A stretch of 64,000 nucleotides of DNA, taken from Eledone cirrhosa. Taxonomy: Eukaryota. The DNA is taken from positions 33,108,001 to 33,172,000 of the forward strand of contig OZ024755.1 in NCBI GenBank assembly GCA_964016885.1, written 5' to 3'. The translations under genes were made by a program, and so were the position numbers. Within the stretch, counting starts at the first letter, position 1. Every line of letters starts with the position of its first letter. Shown one piece after another: positions 49,572 to 63,336 of this stretch. Under the pieces are notes generated by a model that did not search any database, was not told where the DNA came from, and saw nothing but the letters and a program-made list of their open reading frames with translations.

Positions 49572-50670
49572 AATATTATGTGAGATAATTATGAGATAAA
49601 GTTTTTACTGTGAAAATACAATAGTACATATAGAGTAATGTAAATGGTAAAGGGTTAGATTTAAAAAAATGAAAGCTCTGAGTAGAGAGGACATCTCGGA
49701 GAGAAATTCTTTGTAGTGAGAATGAATGAAAAAATATAGAGTCACCATTTTACTTTAATTTGAAGCTGCTCAAGTAGTTGGAGCACATTTGTTCATAGAT
49801 CTGCTCAATCAGACATATGATCAAATATGTTCTGTGTTACTTTCCCATGTTTTTTTTTTTAGGGGGGGGGGGTCTGGGGGGAAGGGTGTAGTGTATCTAG
49901 AAATACATCTTTTATGTACTACATTTTTTTGAGATGGTGGGTATGATTTATAAGAGATTCAGCTGCTTTTTCTAGCAGATTAAGTGTCTTTTTAATGACT
50001 CCTACCTTCATTTGGTTGGAAAATATTTAGGATATGGTGTAAATTAAAATGCACAATTTTATGTGCTCCAATTTTTAAGATAGTAGGTATCATTTGAAAG
50101 AGATTTGGCTGCTATTTCTAGCAGATTAAGTGTCTTTGCAATGTCTCCTGCCTTCATTTGATTGGAAAATATTTAGGATATGGTGTAGATCAATATACAT
50201 AATAACAATTTTATGTTTCCTTATGTCTAATTCCATCACAATAATCTAATATTTAATCTCTATTCTCTGCTTTGTTCAATTATATTAAGGTCCGATTGTC
50301 ATTGTTATAATTAATAACTTTCTGATCAGAATGATTGCCTTTACAATGGAACCATTCGTCCCTAGGAAGCAAACTGCATAATGAAGTCAAAATGCATGCT
50401 GCTTTAACCTTTTAGAGAAGAGGAAGCTATGGCAGCCATTTACTCATTTAATGAGGGAATTCTAGTCAAGCAACCACTAACTCCATCTTGTGTGAAATAT
50501 TGTGTGACTGAAATATTTCTCAAAGTAGATGATTAGAAGCAAAATATCAAAACCTTCATTTTATTTATAAACAAATGTGTATAGAATCTTGATGTGACTA
50601 TATACTTATATGTGGCATGATACCAGAGGGAAGTTATGATGTTTGCTGTAAAATTAGAGATGACATTTAA

Positions 50671-51141
50671 CCCTTTAGCATTTAGCATTTAAAGTGACCA
50701 TATCCAGCTAGAATTCTCTCACCTCTTCCTGTTCAAACTGGCCATAACCGGCTGCTTATACTTATGTTAAGGTATGGTTCTCAACATAAATGATATCAAA
50801 ATCTCTTAGATTCGATATTACGTGGTAGGGACATGTGATGCGCGTGGAGGATAACCGCTGGGTAAAGAAGTGCCAAGAAATACCAGTGGAAGAAAGACAC
50901 AGTAGAGGAAGATCACAAAAATCATTGGTGGAGGTGGTGAGAGCTGACCTCAGATTGCTGAAGCTCACAGAGGAGATGACGAAGGACCGTGACAAATGGA
51001 GAGATGCTGTGCTGAAAAGGACCCATCCCATCCTTGCAAGCAGGGAAAAAAACGGACGTAAAATGGTGATGAATTAAGTATGATAAAGCCTTTACCATGA
51101 AAATATAATAGTATATATAGAGTAATGTAAATGCTAAAGGG
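50671..51141 (-). mobile_element. TTAA MITE interrupted by RTE family 1 fragment (~50821-51072, +)
   Basis: Both TIRs with TTAA; internal MRVEDNRWVKKCQE..DRDKWRDAV. Confidence 0.88.
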
Positions 51142-51214
51142 TTAATATACAAAGTATTCTACCTGGAATACTCATATTTTGGTAGATAAGTTGCATCTCC
51201 CCTTTATGTATATA

Positions 51215-51630
51215 ATGGTTTCTAATTTCAGCACAAAGTCAACAATTTTAGAGGAGGGGAAAGTCAATGAAATCAAACCCAGTGCATTACTGGTGCTTTA
51301 TTTCATTGACCCCCTAAGGATGAAAGGCAAAGCTAACCTCGACGGGATATGAACCCAGAACATAAAGGGCCATAACTCTGTGCTACAAAGCATGGTGTCC
51401 GGCGTTCTACCGATTCTGCCAATTCACCTCCGTTTATGTGTATAATAGTTTCTACTTTAGGCACAAGGCCAGCAATTACCCAGTGCATTACTGGTGCTTT
51501 ATTTTATCGACCCCGTAAGGATGAAAGACAAAGTTAACCTCGGCGGGATTTGAATTCAGATCGTAAAGGGACGTAACTATCCTGGAAAGCATGGCGTCCG
51601 ACCATCTACCAATACTGCCAATCCACCGTT
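51215..51630 (-). mobile_element. Two tandem SINE-A copies
   Basis: Core motifs; first copy more diverged. Confidence 0.82.
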
Positions 51631-51934
51631 TATGTGTATAATAGTTTGACTTTAACCTTTGACCTGTTCATAAGTAACAAGCTGATTTTCATAACTTAGC
51701 TTGCAGATGCATTTGAAAAAATATATATATAGCTGAAGTAATTGTGATCATTTGTCAAAAGAGTCGAGCAAAGTTCTGGAATCAAAGAACTTAGAATCAA
51801 CCTTTATCATAGCATGTTTCTATGACCTATGGTAGAAGAATATTGGTTAGTCAAGCTACCCTTAGTCACATGAAACAATTACACACTTAGACTACTTATT
51901 CAAGAGTTCTTCACCTACTCTGAATTTACTAAGA

Positions 51935-52355
51935 GTGTCATGCCCCTTGGAACATCAAGCAAAAGTAGTGAAAGAGTCACTCGCTGGGAAGAAAAAACTT
52001 AACAACCTCCCACCAGTAACAACGATGGAGCTAAAAGCAAGCGAGGCACTGTCCCCTGGAGCAGATAAACACTATGTAGTGTGGAAATACCTCAACAGAC
52101 TAAGAACTGGTGTTGGACGTACAAAAGTCACTCTTGCAAAATGGGGATATTTAAAGGATGGGGATGTTGTGTGTAACTGTGGCATTGAACCACAGACTAG
52201 GCAGCACCTCCTGATATGCACCCTGCTGGAACACGCCTACACAGCAGTGGACTTGACAGAGTTTAATGATAAAGGACAGCAATGTGTTCAGCTGTGGCAG
52301 AACCACATCTAGCCAAGCTTTGTAACTGACACTCTTGTGGACACGACAAGAAGAC
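51935..52355 (+). pseudogene. Ingi/I-group-like LINE 3' end (second partial copy 52712-52910)
   Basis: WKYLNRLRTGVGRTK..KWGY..CNCG..QTRQHLLIC zinc knuckle; aagaaga tail. Confidence 0.7.
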
Positions 52356-53117
52356 GACTCTCAATTATTCTTGTATATATATATATAGTGTATATATAAT
52401 TGTTTCTACTTTAGGCACAAGGCCAGCAATTACCCAGTGCATTACTGGTACTTTATTTTATCGACCCCGTAAGGATGAAAGGCAAAGTCAACCTCGGCGG
52501 GATTTGAACTCATATATATAGTGTATATATAATGTTGTGTATATATATATAGTGTGGTGTATATATATATAGTGTGGTGTATATATATATAGTGTGGTAT
52601 ATTATATATAGTGTGGTGTATATATATAGTGTGGTATATTATATATAGTGTGTATATATAGTGTGGTATATTATATATATAGTGTGTATATATATAGTGA
52701 TTTTACTCTAAAATATGGGGACATTGTGTGTGACTGTCATTGAACCACAGACTTCGCAGCACCTCCTGATATGCCCCCTGCTGGAGCACCCCTACACAGC
52801 ATTGCACTTGGCAGAGTTTAACGAGAAAGGACAGCAATGTGTTGAGCTGTGGTAGAACCACATCTAGCCAAGCTTTGTAACTGACACTCTTGTGGATACG
52901 AGAAGAAGACAACCTACTCTGAAGATGTTTTCACTGCTGAGTACTCATAAGACGTACTCATTTATCCCTGAGGGAAACTCTGATGTAAAACCTACAACTT
53001 GATGGCAGCCAATGATGTTGAACTGTTTTCTTTTTGAGTACTTGCCACCATTGTTCAGAAAGTGGGATTGGATCAATACAAGGCTATTCTTCACTTAAAA
53101 AAGCTACAAGTACATGC

Positions 53118-53298
53118 ATTAGCAGTATCAGTAGAGGGTCGGACATGCTTTCTAGCATATAGTTACGTCCCTTTACAATCTGAGTTCAAATCCCGCCGAG
53201 GTTAACTTTACCTTTCATCCATACGGGGTCGATAAAATAAAGTACCAGTAATGTACTGGAATAATTGCCGGCCTTGTGCCAAAAGTAGAAACAATTAT
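53118..53298 (+). mobile_element. SINE-A
   Basis: Core and tail motifs. Confidence 0.88.
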
Positions 53299-53404
53299 AT
53301 CTAAACAACTTTCACGACAGTGATGATGTTGATGTGTGTATGTATGTGTGTATATATGTATGTGTGTATGTATGCATGTGCGTAGGCATGTGTGTAGGTG
53401 TATG

Positions 53405-53435
<31 letters not shown>

Positions 53436-53518
53436 TGTATGCATGTGTGTATCTATATGTCTATGTATGTGTGAGTGTGCATGTATGTATGTATATATGC
53501 ATGTATGTATGTCATTAT

Positions 53519-54127
53519 GTCAGGTCACCAGTTGGTGCTACTGGTAACATGTATCCGAGTACAACCAGTCTCATGGTCGGGTCGTTGGTGACTAAACTGG
53601 CAACCCCACCAAAGTTTCTTGGTGAGGAGGGTGACTTTGGACATCCTGCAGGACTAAAAACAAAACCTGTCAAAGGGCAAAGGAGCTCTTAAGAGTCAAT
53701 GGCCATCCAAAATCACCGGGAGAGATGATCCCTTAGCCTTTGTCAAGGCAGAATTCTAGGAGAAGGAAAACTCTGATATAACACCTTCAACTCTGATGGT
53801 ATCCAATGATGTTGACTTGTTCTTCTTTTTGGTAAATATCATCTTGGTTAAGAAAGTGGGACTGGCTTTGTGCAGTGCCTTTGCTCACTATAAAAGCTTC
53901 ACGGCACAGGCATTGCTTTATATCTGGGGATCACTCTGCACTTGTCGTCACATGGTACCATGGGCCCAGCACTATGTGTCAGTAATTGTCACAGGTGTAG
54001 TGTTTGTACCAGAGTTTTCAAGTCGCTGGCTGGACTAAAAAGTCACACTCGTTCAGCGCGTCGGTGGGGGTTCTCCTACATGGATATAAAGTAGTGGCCG
54101 TACTCGAAAACGAGTTGGCAGCCACCA
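53519..54127 (+). mobile_element. Bipartite RTE-derived element type A, full length (~610 bp)
   Basis: RTE 5'UTR-like motif ctaggagaaggaaaactctga; 3' CSVCTRVFKSLAGLKSHTRS; ctcgaaaacgag stem-loop; (tatg)n flanks. Confidence 0.85.
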
Positions 54128-54915
54128 TATATGCATGTATGTATGTATATATATGTATGAGTGTATGTATATATATGTATGTATGTATGCATGCATGAGT
54201 GTATGTATGTATATATGCATGTATGTATGTATGTATGTATGTATGTATGTATGTATGTATGTATGTATGTATGTATGGATTGACAGATGGATGTTTCAAG
54301 TTGTAGGTCACACACAGTATTACACGTAGAAAATGAAATTTTTCACAGGGGTTCATTTTTTAGGAATGTGACAGGATATGTCTTTTCCTAATTTTGTTTA
54401 TCTTTTTAACTCCTGCCAGAAAAATTGAGAATATTGTTTACCTCTAAGCATTGCAATAGACATTGGAAGATTTCACTGATTACAAAAATAATTCATTTAG
54501 AGTAATTCGGTAAATTAGTACAGTATTCTGCCAAAAAAGCATGTTTTTTCAGAAAATGAAAAAAAAAAAATGTAAAAGAACATTTTTTTTTCTCTTTTCT
54601 ATCTCTTTCTCTCCTTCTCTACCTCACTCACTGTGTATATAATATATATCTATATATTACTAAAACTCTGTGATTGTTTGCTTGTCTGTCTGTAATGTAA
54701 TACAGCCTAAACGGTGCATAATGGGAAAATAATTTGAAAGGAAGTTGACCCTGAAATGGGAATACAAATGGAATAAAACAAGTTTCGCATAAATCGGAGC
54801 AAGGGTTCCAGAGATATGGGGTTTTTCTGGGTATCTTCATAAAAAGAGAGAGAAAGAAAGAGAGACATAGAGAGAGGGAGAGGAGGCAGAGAAGGAGATT
54901 GGCGGTGTTGTTGTG

Positions 54916-54965
<50 letters not shown>

Positions 54966-54999
54966 TATGACCAGTGTATATAGATCACAGACACCCACA

Positions 55000-55872
55000 T
55001 ATCACCATTTTACGTCCGCTTTTCCCTGCTTGCAAGGGTGGGACGGGTCTTATTCAGCACAGCATCTCTCCATTCGTCACAGTCCTTATTCATCTCAACC
55101 GTGACCTTAAGCAATCTAAGGTCAGCTCCCACCACCTCCGCCCATGTTTTTCATGGTCTACCTCTACTACGTCTTCCTTCAACTGGCATTTCTTGGCACT
55201 TCTTCCTCTATCGGTCACCCTCCATGCGCATCACATGTCCATACCATCGCAGTCTCCTCTCTCGCACACTACAATTTATCCCTCTCAGACAGTTTCTCTC
55301 ACAACACATCACATGTCCATACCATCGCAGTCTCCTCTCTCGCACACTACAATTTATCCCTCTCAGACAGTTTCTCTCACAACACATCACATGTCCATAC
55401 CATCGCAGTCTTCTCTCTCGCACACTACATTCTATCCCTCTCAGACAGTTTCTCTCACAACACATCACATGTCCATACCATCGCAGTCTTCTCTCCCGCA
55501 CACTACAATTTATCCCTCTCAACACATCACATGTCCATACCATCGCAGTCTTCTCTCCTGCACACTACAATTTATCCCTCTCAGACACAGTTTCTCTCTC
55601 AACACATCATATGTCCATACCACCTCAGTCTCCTCTCTCGCACACTACAATTTATCCCTCTCAGACACAGTTTCTCTCTCAACACATCACATGTCCATAC
55701 CACCGCAGTCTCCTCTCTCGCACACTACAATTTATCCCTCTCAGACACAGTTTCTCTCTCAACACATCACATGTCCATACCACCGCAGTCTCCTCTCCCG
55801 CACACTACAATTTATCCCTCTCAGACAGTTTCTCTCACAACACATCCATGCCTGGTCGTTCATGCACATTGA
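55000..55872 (-). mobile_element. RTE family 1 3' fragment with internal tandem amplification
   Basis: GRP.KTWAEVV end; RERRLRWYGHVM repeated. Confidence 0.9.
55232..55846. repeat. LINE-derived minisatellite, 78/62/80-bp units (~8 copies)
   Basis: cacatgtccataccatcgcagtctcctctctcgcacactacaatttatccctctc.. Confidence 0.93.
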
Positions 55873-56179
55873 CATATATATATACACACACACACATATA
55901 CACACACACATTTATATGTATACATACACACACACATATATATATATATGGACCTTCCAGTTTCATTTCACATTATATACATTTTTGTGAATATTTTAAT
56001 TATTTAAAAACTATTTTTAAGTGAACATGATTTAAAAAAACATATTTTGAAGTGAACATGACGCAACGGGTCATGGCTGATCTAGTATATATATATATAT
56101 ATATGAAAAGATTCAGGACCCCAACAGCTGGTGGCCTAGTGGCAGGTGTTAGAGATGGAGATCTTGGTCTGGGGTTCAA

Positions 56180-56435
56180 TCTCTGTCAAGTGACACAGAG
56201 GAGACTGAGGTTAGCTGGACATGCTCACCGACATCCAGAGTTGACATTGCACTCAGTGCTCCTTTGGGAACCCCTGCATGGACACACTAGAAGAGGAAGA
56301 CCAAGGCTAACGTATGTTGATGCCCTAAGGACAGACACTGGTCTGTTGGAGACGCAGGACATGGCAGCGATAATGAGGGACAGAGACCGCTGGAGAGAAC
56401 TCGTCCATGGATCTCGGGAATTTCACCCGCCTTAG
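56180..56435 (+). mobile_element. RTE LINE 3' end (family 2)
   Basis: RRLRLAGHAHRHPE..LLWEP.HG..RGRP.LTYVD..DRDRWR. Confidence 0.88.
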
Positions 56436-56534
56436 ATATATATATATATATATATCTAAGTATTGAAGTTTCCGTTGAAAATTGAAAAGGTCATAGGAGT
56501 GAAGAGTGCTCTATGTAAGTACCAGAGCAAAATT

Positions 56535-56747
56535 TAATGTATAATAAACAATACAATATAATTACCTCATTACCAGAGGTTTCCCGAATAAGACGAATAC
56601 GAAAAAAACGTCCTCATTCGTTCGCCGGACAAGGCAATATCTTATTGCCTTGTCCGACGAACAAATGAGGACGTTTTTTTCGTATTCGTCTTATTCGGGA
56701 AACCTCTGGTAATGAGGTAATTATATTGTATTGTTTATTATACATTA
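56535..56747. repeat. Palindrome, ~105-bp arms, loop tct
   Basis: Axis 56641, 2 mismatches seen; related fragment at 26750-26808. Confidence 0.92.
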
Positions 56748-57069
56748 TATATATTTCGTTTTTGAATTTGTTTTGCAAAATTTCTTATCTGAAAACGTGT
56801 GTTGAAACAGATATTGTTATACTTTGGGAGGGTCATGCTGCCAATAAAAGCACATGCACCTGTTGGTTTTCACATCAATTTATTATAAATTTCCAGTTGG
56901 TTGGTTGGTTGGTTGGATAACCGGATGGTTGTTTATATATTGTCAAAGCTCTTTTGTCGCACATTCTGTGACCTCCTCAGTGACTAGGTTTTTATTTTGT
57001 GTATCTCCTTTGTTTTGTCCTACACCAAGATGGTGGAAGTTTGGTTCCTTTGTGTTCGGATGTGATAGA

Positions 57070-57391
57070 TCTATATATAAATTTTCTGCGATTCTGTCAC
57101 AACATGTAAAGGGAGAGGGGTAGGTTGACTCCCTCATACTACTCCTCTCTCTTTACATCTGCTGCCTGTGTGAATGTATGTGTGGGTGGAAGGAAAGGGA
57201 TGGTGAAAATACTATGCTGTGTGTGAGTGCATGTGTATGTGTGTGTTTGTGTATATGTATGTGTGTGAATGTATGTGTGAGTGTGTACCTTTGTGTGTTT
57301 GTGTTTGCGTGTTTATATTTATATACTCATACATATAAATGTATGCATATGCACATACACACATGCGTCAGTGTATGGGAAAGAATTCTAG
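57070..57391 (+). mobile_element. Non-autonomous Helitron-like element
   Basis: A|TC start, hairpin catacac..gtgtatg, CTAG|T end. Confidence 0.7.
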
Positions 57392-57469
57392 TATGTATAT
57401 ATTTATTTACTGCACCACATCTTACCTATGGACATTTAAGTGATAGGCTATATGTATATGTTTTATGTG

Positions 57470-57650
57470 AAGGTGCATAGCTTAGTGGTGAGAGCATTGG
57501 GCTTGCAATCGGAAGGTTGTGAGTTCAATTCTCGGACTGAGTGATGCGTTGTGTCCTTGAGTAAGACACTTTATTTTACGTTGCTCCAGAAATGAGTTGC
57601 GACGTCACTGGTGTTAAACTGTATCAGCCATATCCATTCCCTTGGACATC
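57470..57650 (+). mobile_element. tRNA/CORE SINE 5' part (continues ~58400-58730 after an insertion)
   Basis: A/B boxes, CORE motif; gtcactggtg..cccttggacatcat repeated on both sides of the insert. Confidence 0.7.
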
Positions 57651-57720
57651 ATATATAGTGTATATATATTGTATATATAATGTATGTATATATATATATA
57701 TTCATATATATATATATATA

Positions 57721-58329
57721 TGGTGGCTGCCAACTCGTTTTCAAGTACGGCCACTACTTTATATCCATGTAGGAGAACCCCTACCGATGCGCTGAACGAG
57801 TGTGACTTTTTAGTCCAGCCAGCGACTTGAAAACTCTGGTACAAACACTACACTTGTGACAATTATTGACCCATAGTGCTGGGCCCATGGTACTATGTGA
57901 CGGTAAGTGCAGAGAGATCTCCAGATATAAAGCAATGCCTGTGCCGTGAAGCTTTTATAGTGAGCAAAGGCACTGCACAAAGCCAGTCTCACTCTCTTAA
58001 CCAAGATGATATTTACCAAAAAGAAGAACAAGTCAACATCATTGGATACCATCAGAGTTGCAGGTGTTATATCAGAGTTTTCCTTCTCCTAGAATTCTGC
58101 CTTGACAAAGGCTAAGGGGTCATCTCTCCCGGTGATTTTGGATGGCCATTGACTCTTAAGAGCTCCTTTGCCCTTTGACAGGTTTTGTTTTTAGTCCTGC
58201 AGGATGTCCAAAGTCACCCTCCTCACCAAGAAACCTTGGTGGGGTTGCCAGTTTAGTCGCCAACGACCCGACCATGAGATAGGTTGTACTGGGATACTTG
58301 TTTCCAGTAGCACCAACTGATGACCTGAC
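57721..58329 (-). mobile_element. Bipartite RTE-derived element type A, full length
   Basis: Reverse complement of 53519-54127. Confidence 0.88.
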
Positions 58330-58330
58330 A

Positions 58331-58402
<72 letters not shown>

Positions 58403-58487
58403 CATGTCACTGGTGCCAAACTGTATCGGCCATTGCCTTTCCCTTGGACATCATCATATATAGTGTATATATATTGTATATATAATG

Positions 58488-58535
<48 letters not shown>

Positions 58536-59166
58536 CATGTCACTGGTGCCAAACTGTATCGGCCATAGCCTTTCCCTTGGACATCATCAGTAGCATGGAG
58601 AGGGGAGACTGGTATGTATGAGAGATAGCTGGTCTTCTACAAACAACCTTGCCTGGACTTGTGCCTTGGAGGGAAACTTTCTAAGTGTAAATCCCATGGT
58701 CCTTTGTGAACGAAGGGGGTCTTTACCTCACCTTTACTTATGTTTCACAGCCACACACGCACGCATCTATTGTTAGAAGAAAAACAAGAAGTCTGTGGTT
58801 ATATATTCTCTTATTAGTATTGTATTGTATCCATGGCTAACACATTAACCTCTTCAGTGCCACAGACATGATAACTCATCCTAACATGCTTGAACTCCTT
58901 TCGTACAGCTCATAACTTCAAAGTTATGATCATGTTTCCAACAGTTCATAACTTCAAAGTTATGAACATGTTTCCAACAGTTCATAACTTCAAAGCTAGA
59001 TGGAGTTATTAGTCTATTGATGTGATGTTTGTCAATCATTCAGATATGCGTTGTTAATAAATGTTTGTTTAAAAAAAATAGTTGTTTTACTAAAAAAAAA
59101 AACAAAAAAAAAAAACAGCATAGCAATGGTAGCTGTGTAAAATATACACAGCAGTCAACAGGTTAA

Positions 59167-59386
59167 CCCTTTAGCATTTAAACTGACCATATCCAGCCAG
59201 AATTCAATCACCTCTTTCAGTTCAAACTGGCTGCCACTGGCCACTCATACTGATGTTAAGGTATGGTTCTCAAAATAAATAATATCAAAGTCTCATAGAT
59301 TCAATATTATGTGAGATATTATGTAAGACAACGCTTTTACCTTGAAAATACAATAGTATAGACAGAGTAATGTAAATACTAAAGGG
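59167..59386 (-). mobile_element. TTAA MITE, complete (220 bp)
   Basis: TTAA|CCCTTTAGCATT..AATACTAAAGGG|TTAA. Confidence 0.9.
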
Positions 59387-59851
59387 TTAAACTCTGAATA
59401 GCAAGTCCACCTTGCTGTAAATAAGCACCATATGGCATGCCAGCACTGTGATAATTGAGTCATTTATTTGCCGGAGCAACAAGTTCAACTTTTCCCACTG
59501 GTGAAGTTACTTGTGATGTATTGACATCCTTTCCAGGGAGATACTTGTTACTCATCTGTTTCATGTATTCAATGTATACAACAGTAAGTAGTGCTTCTTT
59601 TACATAACATTATGTGATAAAAGCCAAAATTTATCTCACTTAAATTTAAACTTAGAACAAAGAAATGAAGTTGTAAAACATTGAAATTAGGTCTTCAAAG
59701 CTATATAATATTGCATGTATACAATATTTACTATTTTTTCCCCATTTAAATGAAGATTTTTTTCTAGATTCTTTATCAAAGAACAGTAATAGTGTTGTTT
59801 GAAAGTTATGCTATATGTGTGTGTGAGTGTTTGTGTGTGTGTATGTGTTTG

Positions 59852-59906
<55 letters not shown>

Positions 59907-59961
59907 GTGTGTGTGTATATATATATATATATGTGTGTGTGTATATATATATATGTGTGTG

Positions 59962-59998
<37 letters not shown>

Positions 59999-60547
59999 AT
60001 ATATGTGCGTGTGTCATCATCATCTTTCAACATAGGATATTTGTAGGATAAATTTTCCTTTTCTTCCATTTTCTTTCAGCATTATATAACTAAATCACAG
60101 TTGAGAGTTTCGAAATCAGATAAACATCCTCTTATATAACATAGAAGCCATGTCAACATGACCTATCATTTCATGTTACTTGGAGTTTAAGGGATTTAAT
60201 TCAAATACGTTTTACTTAAAATAATTAATGCAACTTATTAAAGCATTCATGTGTCCATCTTGAAGCTGTAGAAAGTTGCTGGGCTTTCTATAAAAGTTTT
60301 GCTTCTAAATGTTTTTCTTTGATATGTTTCTGACACTAAAATTCATTTGTTAACCTGACTAGTTCCTTTCAAGATGCATTTATATCTATCATATTGCTAC
60401 ACAGATGATGCATGACATATCTGTTTATATGCTTGCTCAGCATTGTGGCTTCTGTCTGTAATGGATGAATGTGGAAATAACTCATACAGTTATTCATAAT
60501 ATCAGCTGTACGCATATTGATATTTTTCACACACATGTATGTATGTA

Positions 60548-61170
60548 CTTCTGGTTTTATAATTTCACAAATGTTTGCCAATAGAGAGAGAGTCGGTTTC
60601 TTACATAGACAAGACTCTCTCATTGGAATTTACACAACATCAACTAGGTAGGTATGTATGTATGCATGCATGTGTAGATATGGATGTTATTGTATGTGTG
60701 GATGTGTATGTTTTGAGTTGTATGTGTGCATGTGTATATGCTTTGCATCTGTATATGTGTATATGCAGTTATTAGATGCAACATTTTTGGAATGTCTTAC
60801 ATATTTTTACTGTTCCATTAATGGATTGTACTTGTAATTTCCTAACTAGTTGTGTTCTTTCTGTTCATGTGAAGCCTAGCTTCTCAAGATTTGTATTGAG
60901 GCAGTTACTAACATATCCCAGTGCCCCAATAATCACAGGCATAAATCTGAAGGTGTAATAAGGGTGGAGTATCTTCAGATTTCTCATCAGTTCTGCATAA
61001 ATATTCTCCTTTTCACTAATCTTTGATATTATATTGGCATCTGCTGGGCAGCTAATTTCCACTACTGTGCATGCTTTCTTCTCCCTGTCCCATATCATAA
61101 TATCTGGTCTGTTATGCCTGCATTTTATTGGGGTTTTTACTAGAACATTCCACCAGTACTCTTTCATATT
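60548..61170 (-). mobile_element. Dong/R4-clade 3' end
   Basis: EYWWNV..HNRPDIMIWD..VVEISCP (PD..E nuclease motif). Confidence 0.85.
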
Positions 61171-61339
61171 ATGTACATGTATGTATGTATGTATGTATGT
61201 ATGTATGTGTATGTATGTGTGTGTGTATTTATGTATGTGTGTATTTATGTATGAATGTATTTATGTATGTGTGTATGTATATGTGTGTATGTGTGCATTT
61301 ATGTCTGTATGCATTTATGTATGTGTGTGTGTATTTATG

Positions 61340-62560
61340 TTCTTCTGGTTTTATAATTTCACAAATTTTTACCAATAAAGAGAGAGTCGGTTTCTAACAC
61401 AGACACAAGACTCTCTCATTGGAATTTACACAACATCAACTAGGTAGATATGTATGTATGTCTGCATGCATGTGTGTGTGTGCATGTGTGGATGTTAATG
61501 TATGTGTGGATGTGGATGTTTTGAGGTATATGTGTGCATATGCATACACTTTTTATGTGTACAAGTGTATATGCAGTTATTAAATGCAGAATTTTTGGAA
61601 TGTTTTACATATTTTTACTGTTCCATTAATGGATTGTACTTGTAATTTCCTAACTAGTTGTGTTCTTTCTGTTCCTGTGAAGCCTAGCTTCTCAAGATTT
61701 GTATTGAGGCAGTTACTAACATACCCCAGTGCCCCAATAATCACAGGCATAAATCTGAAGGTGTAATCTAATCAGGATAGAATATCTGCAGATTTCTAAT
61801 TAGTTCTGCATAGATATTCTCCTTTTCGCTAATCTTTAATGTTATATTGGCATCTGTTGGGCAGCTAACCTCCACTACTGTGCATGCCTTCCTTTCCTTG
61901 ACCCATATCATAATATCTGGTCTGTAATATTTGCATTTTATTGGAATTTTTACTGGAACATTTCACCAGTACTCTTTCATATTATGGATATGTATGTCTT
62001 CCACCTTGCTGTAGCTTTTAATTGTGTTTATTATTGGGGCTATCTTTTCTACGGATTGCATTGTACAATGTTTTGGCTACTACATCATGCCTCATAGGTA
62101 GATAGTACTGCGATAACATTTTTGGACAGCTGCTTACGACATGGGTGACATCTTCGATGTTAATTCTGAAGAGTCGCACTTGTTATCACATCTAGGTGTT
62201 TTGCCTGCATCCCTATCTCTTTTGTGAATCAGGTATTTCGTGTTAATCTCCTGTTCTTGGATTGCAAAAACATATCGTTCAAAGTGGGAGCCAATATAGC
62301 GGTTGTTGGTCCAAGATAGACTACTTTGCTTATCTATATTACTCTCACTCTGGAGCTTCCTGGCAACATATCCAAGCATGAAATTTTGCTGATAAGCATG
62401 CAGTTTTTCATCCATAGATTCACTGCGGGCAACTTCCCTGATGTGAGTTTTTGATTATCACACAGGGAATATCTTTCAAGGAGTTCCTTCCCAACTCTCC
62501 TGATCTTATCTGTCTCATGCAGTTAGACTTGCTCAATAAATGGGCTCTTACTTTTGGAGG
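61340..62560 (-). pseudogene. Dong/R4-clade longer 3' fragment
   Basis: FAIQEQEINTKY..CDNKCRL..EDVTHVVSSC..RHDVVAK..RPD; frameshifted. Confidence 0.85.
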
Positions 62561-62625
62561 TATGTGTGTATGTATGTGTGTGTGTGTGTATATGTGCGTG
62601 CATCTATGTATGCATGCATATATAT

Positions 62626-62972
62626 ATATCAACTAGAAATTGATTGATATATATATATATATATATATATATCAACTAGAAATTGATTGATATATATATA
62701 AAATAAACATATGAAACAATCACAGGGAATAATTTGTAAAGTGTGTAAGCACACATAGTTAGGTAGGTTACTAATTAAAGTTTAACTAGAACTTCAAATA
62801 TAGATACCTTGATGGTGAAATATATTTCTTTATTAAATGAAATATATACAAAGGAGATTAATCATTTTAATTATATTTGAAGTTCTAGTTAAACTAACTT
62901 TAATTGGTTACCTTCCTAGCTGTGTGTGATTACACACTTTACAAATTATTCCCTGTGATTGTTTCATATGTT

Positions 62973-63011
<39 letters not shown>

Positions 63012-63061
63012 AGTATGTATGTATACGTACATACATATATGTATACAGACGTACAGTAGCA

Positions 63062-63110
<49 letters not shown>

Positions 63111-63266
63111 GCATACAGGTACACATACATATATGCACGCATCAGTTTATATGCATGCTACTGTACGTCTGTATACATATATGTATGTACGTATACATAC
63201 ATGCTTACATTTAAGTAAGTGCCATACTAAGAGTGAGAAATGAAATTTCGTTTTCATTTTTTTCAA

Positions 63267-63336
<70 letters not shown>

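Larger units (their letters stand above)
54649..56085 (+). mobile_element. Non-autonomous Helitron carrying an RTE insertion
   Basis: A|TCTATATATTACTAAAA..gtttg/gtct start; 3' hairpin catgac-gcaacgg-gtcatg then CTAG|T. Confidence 0.6.

Noticed and set aside
53519-53640. HDV-like ribozyme at the 5' end of type A elements
   Set aside because: gtcacc/ggtgac pairing and an 8-bp hairpin exist, but I could not fit the P3/P1.1/C75 topology by eye
54974-56024. 328-338-aa ORFs
   Set aside because: Antisense frames of a tandemly amplified RTE segment
59400-59590. Open stretch ending at an ACA|gtaagt donor
   Set aside because: No convincing acceptor or recognisable peptide
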